DNA of 64,000 nt, taken from positions 69,558 to 133,557 of the forward strand of contig NZ_JAUNLM010000002.1 in NCBI RefSeq assembly GCF_030532265.1, given 5' to 3'. The translations under genes were made by a program, and so were the position numbers. Positions within the stretch are counted from its first letter, which is position 1; every line of letters begins with the position of its first letter. The notes under the pieces are model-generated. The model was given only the letters and a program-made list of their open reading frames with translations, was not told where the DNA came from and ran no database searches. Shown piece after piece: positions 37,842 to 47,894 of this stretch. The stretch comes from Clostridium sp. (GTDB taxonomy: Bacteria; Bacillota; Clostridia; Clostridiales; Clostridiaceae).

Positions 37842-38879
37842 TTAGTAAGAAATAGAAGAATCTGAATCTACTATATTCCATATTGTATTACCAGGAGATA
37901 AGCTAATTTCATTACCTTCTGTATCAAAAAGCATAGTATCACTTGTCTCTGAATCTTTAGACCATAATATATTTATAACTTTACCATTAGAAAATAAATA
38001 ACCTTCACCATCATTAATTAAATCTATATCTAAATGAGAATTATCTGTTTGAAGAGTGATATCGGCTTTTTGAACTATTATGTTATTGAATGTTAAGGGT
38101 TTATTAGTTATAGCATCAATTGCAATTTTACCATCCATATATTTAGTATAAGAACCATTTTCGAAAACATATTTAGTTTCATAAACGTTATTTGGTTTTA
38201 CAGTTATATTTGAGCTTGTTTTTAAATTATCTTTATTAAAATAGCTAGAATCAAATTTTAAATAAGATTTTGCAGTTAAGTTATATTTCTTATCTTTTAT
38301 GGCAGTTAATATTTTTTCACTTGATGTATAAAGATTATGTGGTGCTTTTCTAGAATTATCCCTATAATAATATTTTCCATTTTTCATTTCATTTAAACTC
38401 ATTAAAGAATCATCATTTTCAACTTGTGATAAAGCTTCCTTTGAACCACCACAATGAGCAATAGGTAATGAATATTGTTTTGATAGTGTTAAAAAATAAG
38501 GGCGTATACTTCTTATAGGTCCTATTTTTTCTGAAGTTTTACTATGATATAAGGCAATAAATCTAGGAATTCCACCTTCTGCTGAGGTTTCATAGACAAT
38601 ATCTGCAAAGGAGAGTCCACTTTGAGGCCTTGAAGCTTTAGAATTTTCAACAACTGCCATATAAGGAACTTTATTTTGAGGATCCTCTGATGATTCTACA
38701 CCTGTAAAGGGATAATAAAATTTTTTAGTTTGTTCTATATTATTTGAAGATGTAGTTTTTGATTCATCTAAAATTTCACTTTGATTATTTGATGAATTTT
38801 TTTGTTCTTCAACTTTACAAGACATTACAGAAGTAAATGTAAAAATTGTAAATAATGAAATTAATAAAAATTTTCTCAT
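37842..38879 (-). CDS. DUF3048-family lipoprotein (YerB-like)
   Basis: Lipobox SVMSC. Conserved block AVVENSKASRPQSGLSFADIVYE..EGGIPRFIALYHS. Confidence 0.7.
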   Translation of the reverse strand: MRKFLLISLFTIFTFTSVMSCKVEEQKNSSNNQSEILDESKTTSSNNIEQTKKFYYPFTGVESSEDPQNKVPYMAVVENSKASRPQSGLSFADIVYETSAEGGIPRFIALYHSKTSEKIGPIRSIRPYFLTLSKQYSLPIAHCGGSKEALSQVENDDSLMSLNEMKNGKYYYRDNSRKAPHNLYTSSEKILTAIKDKKYNLTAKSYLKFDSSYFNKDNLKTSSNITVKPNNVYETKYVFENGSYTKYMDGKIAIDAITNKPLTFNNIIVQKADITLQTDNSHLDIDLINDGEGYLFSNGKVINILWSKDSETSDTMLFDTEGNEISLSPGNTIWNIVDSDSSISY

Positions 38880-39070
38880 ATTTATCTCCTTTTTTTATTT
38901 AATGATACTTAATATATATAATGTTTTATAGAAAATGATTACTTTAATTTAAAAAAATATTTTTCTTAATAAAAATAAAAAAATAAAATAAAAAAGAGAG
39001 ATAATTAGACTTAATATAAGCAAAGAATAAGCAAGGATAAAATATCAAATAAATTTAAAATAAAAGCTGA

Positions 39071-39133
39071 TTGCACTAGAATATCTTTTGAAGTATAATA
39101 AGACAGTACTAAAATTGGTACTATATATTGTGT
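39071..39133 (+). promoter_or_regulatory. nrdD promoter (TTGCAC-17-TATAAT) and one NrdR-box-like site
   Basis: -35 at 39071-39076, -10 at 39094-39099. GTACTATATATTGTGT at 39118-39133 matches the NrdR consensus acaCwAtATaTwGtgt at 14/16 positions. Confidence 0.45.
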
Positions 39134-39149
39134 TATGGGGGTCGTTTAG

Positions 39150-41267
39150 ATGCTATATGTTGTAAAAAGGGACGGTAGAGAGGTTGAGTTCAATTCAGAG
39201 AAGATAGTTAATGCTATAAAGAAAGCAGCTGAAGATATAGGTGTAAACCTAAAAGCGAGCAAAACGTTAGATATCGTTCAAAAAGTTATTGAGTATATAG
39301 AGGTGTCTGGGGAAAATAGAATATCTGTAGAGCAAGTTCAAAATCTTGTTGAAAAAGCTTTAAAGGATTCAAACTTAGATAATGTTGTTATTGCATATCA
39401 AAATTATAGAAGAGAGAGAACTAAGGTTAGAGAAATAAAATCAGACCTTATGAGAGCTATAAGTAAAATAGGTGTTGAAACAGATAGAGATAATGCTAAT
39501 GTTGGTAATAATTTTAGTTCTAAATTATTAAGAATAGCATCAGAATCAAATAAATGGCATAACTTAGCAAATATGCCAAAGTATTTATCAAAAGCACATG
39601 AAATTGGAGATCTTTATTATCATGACTTAGATAGTTATAACTTAACTACTAACTGTCTACACATTCCAACTAAAGAGATATTAGAGAATGGATTTAATAC
39701 AGGATATGGAACTATAAATGCACCAAGAAGAATAGAAACGGCAGCAGAATTATCATGTATATTATTACAATCAACTCAAAATGATATGTTTGGTGGTCAA
39801 TCACATCCTGACTTTGATAATGATATGTCTATATTTGTTAAACCAACTAGAGAAGAAATAATATCTGAGTTTAAAGAACTTGGATTACCTCAGGAAAAAA
39901 TAGAGGAACTAGCAGAAAAAAAATTAAAAAATAGAATACATCAAGCAATGCAAGGGGTAGTTTATAATTTAAACACAATGCATTCAAGAGCTGGTTCACA
40001 AGTACCATTTAGTTCAATAAATATAGGAATACCAGAATCAAGAGATGCAGCTTTAATTTGTGAAATATTCTTATTAGAGTATGAAAAAGGTTTAGGAAAA
40101 GGTGAGCAACCAATATTCCCTAACATAATTTTTAGAGTTAAAGAAGGCGTAAATAGGGAACCAAATGATCCTTATTTCTATTTATATGAGTTAGCTTGTA
40201 GAGTTGCGGCTAAAAGAATGAATCCTACATTTATGAATATAGATGCAGATTTTAATAAAAAATATTATGATATGGGTATTACTCCAGCTACTATGGGATG
40301 TAGAACTTATCTTATGAGTAATGTAAATGGAGAGCCTGGTGTTAAGGGAAGAGGTAATATAGCTCCTACAACTATAAATTTACCTAGAATAGGAATACAA
40401 GCTCAAGGTAATATAGATAGATTCTTTAAAATATTTGATGAAAGATTAAATTTAGCTAAAGAATCATTACTTCATAGATATGAAGTATTAAAGCATTTAA
40501 AAGTTAAAGATTTACCTTTTGTAGCAGGTCAAAATTTAATGAAAGGTTCAGAAGGTTTATTACCAGATGATTCAATAGAACCAATATTAAAACAAGGAAC
40601 TTGGGGAATTGGATTTATAGGTCTTGCAGAAACATTAACTGCATTAGTAGGAAAGCATCATGGTGAAGATGAAGATGCTAGACAACTTGGTATTAAAATT
40701 ATTGAACATTTAAGATCATTCTGTGATAGAACAGCAGAAGAAACAAAACTTAACTGGAGTGCTTATGCAACACCAGCTGAAGGTTTATCAGGAAAATTCA
40801 TTAAACAAGACCAAAAGGCGTTTGGAATTATTAAAGGTGTAACTGATAAAGAATATTATACAAATAGTTTCCATGTTCCAGTTAATTATGCAATATCTTT
40901 AAAGGATAAGATAGATATAGAAGCACCTTATCATAAACTATGTAATGGCGGACATATAAGTTATTTAGAAGTTGATGATTGTCCATCAGGTGAAACTATA
41001 ATGTCTATATTAGATTATGCATATAAGAAAACTAATATAAGTTACCTAGGAATTAACTTCCATATAAGATATTGTAAAGATTGTGGAACATACTTACACA
41101 ATCACGAGCAAAAATGTACTAATTGTGGAAGTGTAGATATACAAGGAATTTCTAGAGTAACAGGATACTTAAGTTTAGATGAAAGATTTGGACCTGGAAA
41201 GTATCATGAAAGACAGGATAGAGTTACTCATACAGGAACAGGGGTTAATCACTATCAAGATTGTTAA
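39150..41267 (+). CDS. nrdD: Anaerobic ribonucleoside-triphosphate reductase (class III) with N-terminal ATP-cone
   Basis: 705 aa. ATP-cone VVKRDGREVEFNSEKI, C-terminal Zn site CKDCG..CTNCG, glycyl-radical loop SRVTGYLS. Confidence 0.95.
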   Translation: MLYVVKRDGREVEFNSEKIVNAIKKAAEDIGVNLKASKTLDIVQKVIEYIEVSGENRISVEQVQNLVEKALKDSNLDNVVIAYQNYRRERTKVREIKSDLMRAISKIGVETDRDNANVGNNFSSKLLRIASESNKWHNLANMPKYLSKAHEIGDLYYHDLDSYNLTTNCLHIPTKEILENGFNTGYGTINAPRRIETAAELSCILLQSTQNDMFGGQSHPDFDNDMSIFVKPTREEIISEFKELGLPQEKIEELAEKKLKNRIHQAMQGVVYNLNTMHSRAGSQVPFSSINIGIPESRDAALICEIFLLEYEKGLGKGEQPIFPNIIFRVKEGVNREPNDPYFYLYELACRVAAKRMNPTFMNIDADFNKKYYDMGITPATMGCRTYLMSNVNGEPGVKGRGNIAPTTINLPRIGIQAQGNIDRFFKIFDERLNLAKESLLHRYEVLKHLKVKDLPFVAGQNLMKGSEGLLPDDSIEPILKQGTWGIGFIGLAETLTALVGKHHGEDEDARQLGIKIIEHLRSFCDRTAEETKLNWSAYATPAEGLSGKFIKQDQKAFGIIKGVTDKEYYTNSFHVPVNYAISLKDKIDIEAPYHKLCNGGHISYLEVDDCPSGETIMSILDYAYKKTNISYLGINFHIRYCKDCGTYLHNHEQKCTNCGSVDIQGISRVTGYLSLDERFGPGKYHERQDRVTHTGTGVNHYQDC

Positions 41268-41280
41268 TTAAAAATAGATT

Positions 41281-41315
41281 AAGGCTGCTACAATAGTAAT
41301 TGTAGTAGCCTTTTT
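41281..41315 (+). terminator. Intrinsic terminator after nrdD
   Basis: AGGCTGCTACAA/TTGTAGTAGCCT stem followed by T5. Confidence 0.75.
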
Positions 41316-41439
41316 AGCAAATAATATTTAAGAAAGTATTATAAAGATATTAATAAAATTAATTAAGTAATAAATATTTTTGATTATATTGATAGTAATT
41401 ATTGGAATGATATAATTAATAGATAAGAGGAGTGAACTT

Positions 41440-41958
41440 ATGAGCAAAAATATAAGACTTGCAGGAATAGCTTATGAAAGCCTGGTAAATGGACCTGGAA
41501 TACGAAGAGTTTTCTTTGCACAAGGATGTAGACATAATTGTGAAGGGTGTTTTAATCCTGATACTCATGATTTTAATGGTGGAGAAGAAAAAAACATGGA
41601 TGAACTTATAGAAGATGTTTTAGAAAACCCTATGATTAAAGGAGTGACATTTAGTGGAGGCGATCCTTTAGAACAAGCTGATAAATTTGCATATATGGCA
41701 AAAAAGTTTAAAAATAATGGTTTAAATATTTGGTCATTTACTGGATATACATTTGAACATATTTTAAATAAGATGAATGAAAAAAAAGAATTAAAAGATT
41801 TTATAAATAATATAGATGTTTTAGTAGATGGAAAATTTGATCAAAATAAAAAAGAGGATGGAATTAGATTTAGAGGATCAACTAATCAAAGAATAATAGA
41901 TGTTCCTAAAAGTTTAGCTCAAGGTAAAATTATTTTATTAGAAGAATATATGAAATAA
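41440..41958 (+). CDS. nrdG: Anaerobic RNR activating protein (radical SAM)
   Basis: GPGIRRVFFAQGCRHNCEGCFNP cluster motif. Its own TTGATA-16-TATAAT promoter candidate lies at 41389-41416. Confidence 0.9.
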   Translation: MSKNIRLAGIAYESLVNGPGIRRVFFAQGCRHNCEGCFNPDTHDFNGGEEKNMDELIEDVLENPMIKGVTFSGGDPLEQADKFAYMAKKFKNNGLNIWSFTGYTFEHILNKMNEKKELKDFINNIDVLVDGKFDQNKKEDGIRFRGSTNQRIIDVPKSLAQGKIILLEEYMK

Positions 41959-41980
41959 TAAGAATATGGAGGGGTATTAT

Positions 41981-43453
41981 ATGAATATAACTGTAAGTAA
42001 TGTTAAAGAGAACTTTGATGGAAGAATAATTCCTTTATTTGAAGGTAATTTAGACATTAAGGATAATAAGTTAAAAGAAATTTTATCTAATTTAAATAGT
42101 AAAGATAAGTTTAAAGGAAAATCTGGAGAAACTTACATATTAACAAACGAGAACGATGGAAATATTGAAGATACAATTTTAATAGGTCTTGGAAATGAAG
42201 AAGATATAAATTTAGAAACTATTAAAGAAAATATATCAAAAGCCTATAAAAAGATGAAAGAGCTTAAAAATGTATCTATAGCTTTTAATATGATTAATAC
42301 AAATAAACTTGATGCTTTAGAAATTATAAAAGCTATTACATTATCATTAATGCTTTCAGATTATGAATTTATAAAATATAAAAAAGATAAAGAAAATAGA
42401 GAAGTGTCTGTATCAATTATTGGTGTTGAAGAAGCATTAATAAATGAAGCTAATGAATTTGTTAAAGAAGGAATAGATATAGCAGATGGAGTTAAAATAG
42501 CTAGAGAATTAGTAAATGAACCAGCAAATGAAATGTATCCAGAAACACTAGCTGATGCAGCAACTATACTTGGAAATAAATTTGGTTTTGAAGTTGAAGT
42601 TTTTGATAAAGAAAAAATTGAAGAATTTGGAATGGAAGCTTTTATGTCTGTTGCAAAAGGTTCAGCTAGAGAACCAAAGCTTATTGTTATGAGGTATTTT
42701 GGAGATAAACACAATAAAAAAGATATTTTAGGACTTGTTGGTAAAGGATTAACTTTTGATACAGGTGGATATTCATTAAAACCAACTAATGGAATGGAAA
42801 CAATGAAATCAGATATGGGTGGAGCAGCTGCTGTAATAGGTGCTATATCAGTTATTGCAAAAAGAAATCTTGCTATGAATGTTATAGGAGTAGTAGCAGC
42901 TTGTGAAAATATGATATCAGGATGTGCGTATAGACCTGGAGATATTATAGGTAGTATGTCAGGAAAAACTATAGAAGTTTTAAATACAGATGCAGAAGGT
43001 AGATTAACTTTAGCTGACGCAGTTACTTATATAAGTAAAAAAGAAAAGGTTAATGAAGTTATAGAAATGTCAACTCTTACAGGTGCAGCACTTGTTGCTT
43101 TAGGAGAAACTACAACAGCTGCTATAACTAATGATAATGATTTATTTAAAGAATATAAAACAGTAACTGAATATACTGGAGAAAAGGTGTGGGAATTACC
43201 AACATTTAATGAATATAAGGAGCTTATAAAATCAGACATTGCTGATTTAAAAAATATTGGTGGCAGAAATGCTGGAACAATAACAGCTGGATTATTTGTT
43301 GAAGAATTTGTAGAAGAAGGTGTACCATTCTTACATTTAGATATAGCAGGAACAGCGTGGACAGATTCACCAAAGCCTTATAAGGCTAAAGGTGGTACAG
43401 GAGTTCCTGTAAACTCATTATATGAATTTGCAAAAGGTAGAGAAAATAAATAA
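41981..43453 (+). CDS. pepA: Leucyl aminopeptidase (M17)
   Basis: NTDAEGRL signature, VGKGLTFDTGGYSLKP. ATG 41981, 6 nt after GGAGGGG. Confidence 0.9.
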   Translation: MNITVSNVKENFDGRIIPLFEGNLDIKDNKLKEILSNLNSKDKFKGKSGETYILTNENDGNIEDTILIGLGNEEDINLETIKENISKAYKKMKELKNVSIAFNMINTNKLDALEIIKAITLSLMLSDYEFIKYKKDKENREVSVSIIGVEEALINEANEFVKEGIDIADGVKIARELVNEPANEMYPETLADAATILGNKFGFEVEVFDKEKIEEFGMEAFMSVAKGSAREPKLIVMRYFGDKHNKKDILGLVGKGLTFDTGGYSLKPTNGMETMKSDMGGAAAVIGAISVIAKRNLAMNVIGVVAACENMISGCAYRPGDIIGSMSGKTIEVLNTDAEGRLTLADAVTYISKKEKVNEVIEMSTLTGAALVALGETTTAAITNDNDLFKEYKTVTEYTGEKVWELPTFNEYKELIKSDIADLKNIGGRNAGTITAGLFVEEFVEEGVPFLHLDIAGTAWTDSPKPYKAKGGTGVPVNSLYEFAKGRENK

Positions 43454-43459
43454 AATAAT

Positions 43460-43496
43460 AAAAAAAGGCCAGTATCTTTTAAAGATACTGGCTTAT
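43460..43496. terminator. Terminator hairpin between convergent pepA and asnS (strong T-run on minus strand)
   Basis: GCCAGTATCTTT/AAAGATACTGGC stem preceded by A7 on the plus strand. Confidence 0.75.
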
Positions 43497-43550
43497 ATCT
43501 ATTTATAGCCCCTAAATTTTTTATTGCTTATTGCTTAAATTATTTTATAA

Positions 43551-44945
43551 TTAGAAATCTGATTGACCAGTTGTTCTTGGGAATGGAATAACATCTCTGA
43601 TATTTGACATACCAGTAATGTACATTATTAATCTTTCAAATCCAAGACCGAATCCAGCATGCTTAGTTTCTCCGTACTTTCTAAGCTCTAGATACCACCA
43701 GTAATCTTCTTCAGCTAAGTTAAGTTCAGCCATTCTATTTTTTAATATATCAAGTCTTTCTTCTCTTTGGCTACCTCCAATTATTTCTCCTATTCCAGGA
43801 ACTAGAAGGTCCATAGCTGCAACTGTCTTATTATCATCGTTCATTCTCATATAGAATGCTTTAATATCTTTTGGATAATCAGTTACAAATGTAGGTCTTT
43901 TGAAATGTTCTTCTGTTAAATATCTTTCATGTTCTGTTTGAAGGTCAATTCCCCATTCAACAGGATATTCGAATTTTTTACCACAGCTTTTAAGTATCTC
44001 TACTGCTTCAGTATAAGTAACTCTAGCAAAATCTGAGTTTGCAACGTGGTTTAATCTTTCAACTAATCCCTTATCAATAAATTTATTGAAGAATTCAATT
44101 TCTTCAGGACATTCTTTCATTACATATTTAATTACGTAAGTTAACATTTCTTCTGCAAGTTTCATATCATCTTCTAAGTCAGCAAATGATATCTCAGGTT
44201 CAACCATCCAGAATTCAGCAGCATGTCTTGCTGTATTTGAATTTTCAGCTCTAAATGTTGGTCCGAATGTATAAACATTTCTGAATGCTAAAGCAAATGT
44301 TTCAGCGTTTAACTGTCCTGAAACTGTAAGATTAGTTTCTTTTCCAAAGAAATCTTTGCTATAATCAACAGCACCTTCTTCAGTTTTTGGAGTTTCATTT
44401 AAGTCAAGAGTAGTAACTCTAAACATTTCTCCAGCACCTTCACAATCACTTCCAGTAAGGATAGGAGTGTTTGTATAAACAAAGTCTCTTTCTTGGAAGA
44501 ACTTATGTATTGCATAAGCAGCAACAGATCTTACTCTAAATACAGCTGAAAAAGCATTACTTCTTGGTCTTAAGTGAGCGATTGTTCTTAAGTATTCAAA
44601 TGTATGTCTTTTCTTTTGAAGCGGATAGTCTGAATCTGACATACCTTCAATTACTATTTCCTTAGCTTGAATTTCAAATGGTTGTTTAGCATTTGGAGTT
44701 TCAACTAAAGTTCCGATTATTTTTAATGATGAGCTTATTGGAAGTTTTGAAACTTCTTTAAAGTTCTCTAATTTGTTATCAAATACTATTTGAATATTTT
44801 TAAAGAAAGAACCATCGTTAATTTCAATAAATCCAAAAGCGTTTGAAGCTCTTAAAGTTCTTATCCAACCTGATATAGTTACATCTTTATTTAAATATTC
44901 TGATGTATTTCTATAAAGGGATTTAACTAAAATATTTTTATCCAT
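43551..44945 (-). CDS. asnS: Asparaginyl-tRNA synthetase
   Basis: 464 aa, class IIb. N-terminal OB fold, motif 2 [21 protein letters not shown], motif 3 GFGLGFERL. Confidence 0.95.
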   Translation of the reverse strand: MDKNILVKSLYRNTSEYLNKDVTISGWIRTLRASNAFGFIEINDGSFFKNIQIVFDNKLENFKEVSKLPISSSLKIIGTLVETPNAKQPFEIQAKEIVIEGMSDSDYPLQKKRHTFEYLRTIAHLRPRSNAFSAVFRVRSVAAYAIHKFFQERDFVYTNTPILTGSDCEGAGEMFRVTTLDLNETPKTEEGAVDYSKDFFGKETNLTVSGQLNAETFALAFRNVYTFGPTFRAENSNTARHAAEFWMVEPEISFADLEDDMKLAEEMLTYVIKYVMKECPEEIEFFNKFIDKGLVERLNHVANSDFARVTYTEAVEILKSCGKKFEYPVEWGIDLQTEHERYLTEEHFKRPTFVTDYPKDIKAFYMRMNDDNKTVAAMDLLVPGIGEIIGGSQREERLDILKNRMAELNLAEEDYWWYLELRKYGETKHAGFGLGFERLIMYITGMSNIRDVIPFPRTTGQSDF

Positions 44946-44985
44946 TTAAATTTTACCTCCTATAACTTGAAAATTAATTTATAAA

Positions 44986-45265
44986 ATAAAAAAACCTTCC
45001 ATCCCAAAATAATGGGACGAAAGGATACTATCGCGGTACCACCCAAATTGCTATAAAATATAGCCAACTTAAATTACAGGCACATTTTATGCCCTTCTAG
45101 AAGCTAACGGTCTAGATGTCCGTCTAAGTCTACTAACAATTTAAAATTAATTTGCTTTCGGTTAGAAACTCTGAGATGTTCTTCAATCATAGGCTTCGTA
45201 TAAGGCTTACACCATCCCTTACTCGCTAAGACTACATCCTAAGTCTACTCTTCTCTTCACAGTTT
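44986..45265 (-). promoter_or_regulatory. T-box leader (Asn specifier)
   Basis: Minus strand: AGAGA element, GAAG-AAC-A specifier context (AAC = plus-strand 45178-45180), T-box TTGGGTGGTACCGCGA (45031-45046), terminator CCTTTCGTCCCA..TGGGATGGAAGG plus T7. Confidence 0.85.
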
Positions 45266-45368
45266 TTATAAAAAATATATTAAGTTGATTTTACAATACT
45301 TTTCTAACAAATGCAACATACTTATCATATATTATCATATATTTATCAATAATTATATGAGGTTGTTT

Positions 45369-45785
45369 ATGTTACTAGAAAAAATTATAAATAAAAAAAA
45401 TAAAGATCTTAATGAATTAAAAGATATGTTATTTTACAGAAATGATGATGATAGGAAGCAAATTATAAGAAATATAAAGGTTATAACAGAGGATTTATTT
45501 TTATTATTAGAGGAAGAAAAAAATTTGAGAAATAATTTTGTTTTGAAAATAAGAAGAGAATTTACTTTAGGTGAATTATCAAAATATAATGGAAAAAATA
45601 ATAATTTAGCATATGTAGCTATAGATGGTACAGTATATGATGTAACTGGAGTTACAGGATTTAATGAAAATGGACATTTTGGAGTTAAAGCTGGAACAGA
45701 TGTAACAGAAAGTTTTTATGAGTGTCATAAGGGAGATAAAAGTATATTAAGTAATCTTAGAATTATTGGAGTTTTAAAGCAATAA
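45369..45785 (+). CDS. Cytochrome b5-like heme/steroid-binding (MAPR-like) domain protein
   Basis: FTLGELSKYNG..AYVAIDGTVYDVTG...AGTDVTESF. No HPGG heme-ligand motif. Start ATG 45369 after GAGG. The longer ORF-track start would run into the asnS promoter/leader region. Confidence 0.6.
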   Translation: MLLEKIINKKNKDLNELKDMLFYRNDDDRKQIIRNIKVITEDLFLLLEEEKNLRNNFVLKIRREFTLGELSKYNGKNNNLAYVAIDGTVYDVTGVTGFNENGHFGVKAGTDVTESFYECHKGDKSILSNLRIIGVLKQ

Positions 45786-45792
45786 AAACATA

Positions 45793-45824
45793 CCCCATAA
45801 TTAATTGTATAATTAATTATGGGG
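45793..45824. terminator. Hairpin between convergent genes
   Basis: Perfect 14-bp stem CCCCATAATTAATT/AATTAATTATGGGG with loop GTAT. Weak T-runs. Confidence 0.55.
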
Positions 45825-45829
45825 ATATA

Positions 45830-46528
45830 TTATTCAGCTCCAGTTTCAAAAGATCTTATCAAAGATTCAGGAAACTTAAGCATAGTCATATCTTTTACTA
45901 TTCTTTTAACTTCATAAGTAATTTCTTTAATTTCTGCCTTTATAGGTTTATTTTTTTCAACTTCTATTAGGCAATAAGTTGGATTTGGTCTTCCTATTTT
46001 TGGTTTTCCTATACTTCCATCATTTATAAAAAGTTTATTTCCAAATTTTTTTATTGAAGGTATGTGTGTATGAGCACATACTAGGGCATCTTCTTTTAGG
46101 TTTTCCATAATTGAAGCTGTATTATCATTACCTTCAAGTAAGTATTCATTTATTGCATTTGGACTTCCATGAAGGAATAATATTTTCTTATCTTCAAATT
46201 CCAAAGTTAAAGAGGTTGGAAGAGAGTTTAAATAAAATTTATTTGCTGCTCTAAGCTCGTCCACGGCCCATGGTAGTGAAAATGAATTAATAGAGTTTTC
46301 TCTTATATATGTATAACTTCCATCTACAACAGATGCATCGTAATTACCTTTTAAACAAAGAATATTTCTTCTTTTTATCATTGATATAACTTCATTTGGG
46401 TGAGGACCATATCCAACTAGGTCACCTAAGCAAATTATAGTATCAACCTTATTATCTTCTATATCTTCTAAAGCTCTCATTAGTGCATAAATATTGCCAT
46501 GTATATCTGAAATAACTGCTATTTTCAT
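45830..46528 (-). CDS. Metallophosphoesterase (YfcE/MJ0936-like)
   Basis: Motifs DIHGN, GDLVGYG, GNYD and AHTH. Confidence 0.8.
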   Translation of the reverse strand: MKIAVISDIHGNIYALMRALEDIEDNKVDTIICLGDLVGYGPHPNEVISMIKRRNILCLKGNYDASVVDGSYTYIRENSINSFSLPWAVDELRAANKFYLNSLPTSLTLEFEDKKILFLHGSPNAINEYLLEGNDNTASIMENLKEDALVCAHTHIPSIKKFGNKLFINDGSIGKPKIGRPNPTYCLIEVEKNKPIKAEIKEITYEVKRIVKDMTMLKFPESLIRSFETGAE

Positions 46529-46678
46529 AAAGCTAGCCTCCTAAAAATTTCTCAATAATATTATATCACTTAGAAAATAATATAAATATTAAATAATACT
46601 TAAAGAATTGTAATTATTTGAACTTTATTCATATTAGTATATTATAATAGTAATATAAAACAATACGGAGGGATAAGA

Positions 46679-47758
46679 ATGAAAGAGAACAGAATAAATA
46701 ATGTTATAAAAGAAATGCAAAAAAATAATTTAACACAAATGATAGTTTCATCACCATCATCACTTTTTTATTTAACAGGAAAGTGGTTCCATCCAGGAAA
46801 TAGAATGGTAGCTTTACTTATTAAAACTAATGGAGAACATAAATTAGTAAATAATAAGTTATTCCCTGTAGAAGAAGATTTAGGAATTGATATAGTTTGG
46901 TATGATGATATAGAAAATCCAGTTGAAATATTAGCTAAGTATGTTGATAAAGAGGCGGTTTTAGGAATTGATAAAACTTGGCCAGCACATTTTTTATTAA
47001 GTCTTATGAAAATTAATGCAGCTAAAAATTATGAAAATTCATCACCAATAATTGATAATTTAAGAATGATAAAAGATGCAGAAGAAATAGAATTAATGAA
47101 AGAAGCTTCAAGAAGAAATGATGAAACAATGAAGGAGCTGTGGAAGCATTTAGAAGAAGGAAAAACTGAAGAAGAATGTACTGAAATATTAAAAGATTTA
47201 TATGCTAAAAATGGAATGAATAAATTTTCATTTCCTCCAATTATAGCGGTATCACCAAACGGAGCAGATCCACATCATGAAACAGATAATTCAGCTATAA
47301 AAAGTGGTCATAGTATAGTTATTGATATGGGAGGAGTTTATAAAGATTATTGTTCAGATATGACAAGAACTGTATTCTTTAAAGAAGAGCCTTCAGAAGA
47401 ACATAAAAAGATATACAACATAGTAAAAGAAGCTAATGAAAGAGCTATAGCTATAATAAAGCCAGGAGTTAAGTTTAAAGAAATAGATAATGCAGCAAGA
47501 AGTTATATTGAGGAAATGGGATATGGAGAATATTTTACACATAGAACAGGTCATTGCATTGGTATAGATTGTCATGATTTTGGTGATGTAAGTGCTGCAA
47601 ATAATAATGAAGTAAAACCTGGAATGATATTTTCAGTAGAACCAGGAATTTATTTAAGTGGAGATATTGGTGTTAGAATAGAAGATTTAGTATTAGTTAC
47701 TGAAGATGGTCATGAAAGATTGAATAAAGTAACTAAAGAATTAACTGTAATAAAATAA
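46679..47758 (+). CDS. M24-family Xaa-Pro dipeptidase
   Basis: Creatinase-like N-domain plus DMGGVYKDYCSDMTRT, HRTGHCIGIDCHD, EPGIY and RIEDLV. Confidence 0.85.
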   Translation: MKENRINNVIKEMQKNNLTQMIVSSPSSLFYLTGKWFHPGNRMVALLIKTNGEHKLVNNKLFPVEEDLGIDIVWYDDIENPVEILAKYVDKEAVLGIDKTWPAHFLLSLMKINAAKNYENSSPIIDNLRMIKDAEEIELMKEASRRNDETMKELWKHLEEGKTEEECTEILKDLYAKNGMNKFSFPPIIAVSPNGADPHHETDNSAIKSGHSIVIDMGGVYKDYCSDMTRTVFFKEEPSEEHKKIYNIVKEANERAIAIIKPGVKFKEIDNAARSYIEEMGYGEYFTHRTGHCIGIDCHDFGDVSAANNNEVKPGMIFSVEPGIYLSGDIGVRIEDLVLVTEDGHERLNKVTKELTVIK

Positions 47759-47842
47759 TTAATATATTTTAAAAACAATTAATAATCAAGTTATTTTATA
47801 GTATTTACTACGATATATTTTAATTTTTATTATAGTGTAAAT

Positions 47843-47875
47843 AAAAAGAGTACTTTTAAAAAAGTACTCTTTTTA
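47843..47875. terminator. Bidirectional intrinsic terminator
   Basis: AAAAAGAGTACTTTT/AAAAGTACTCTTTTT hairpin. Confidence 0.8.
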
Positions 47876-47894
47876 TATTTATAAGTTTATTTTA

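Noticed and set aside
39073-39088. A second NrdR box (GCACTAGAATATCTTT) overlapping the nrdD promoter spacer.
   Set aside because: It matches the 16-bp consensus at only about half the positions. Its centre-to-centre distance to the good box (45 bp) does not fit the usual roughly 31-32-bp spacing.
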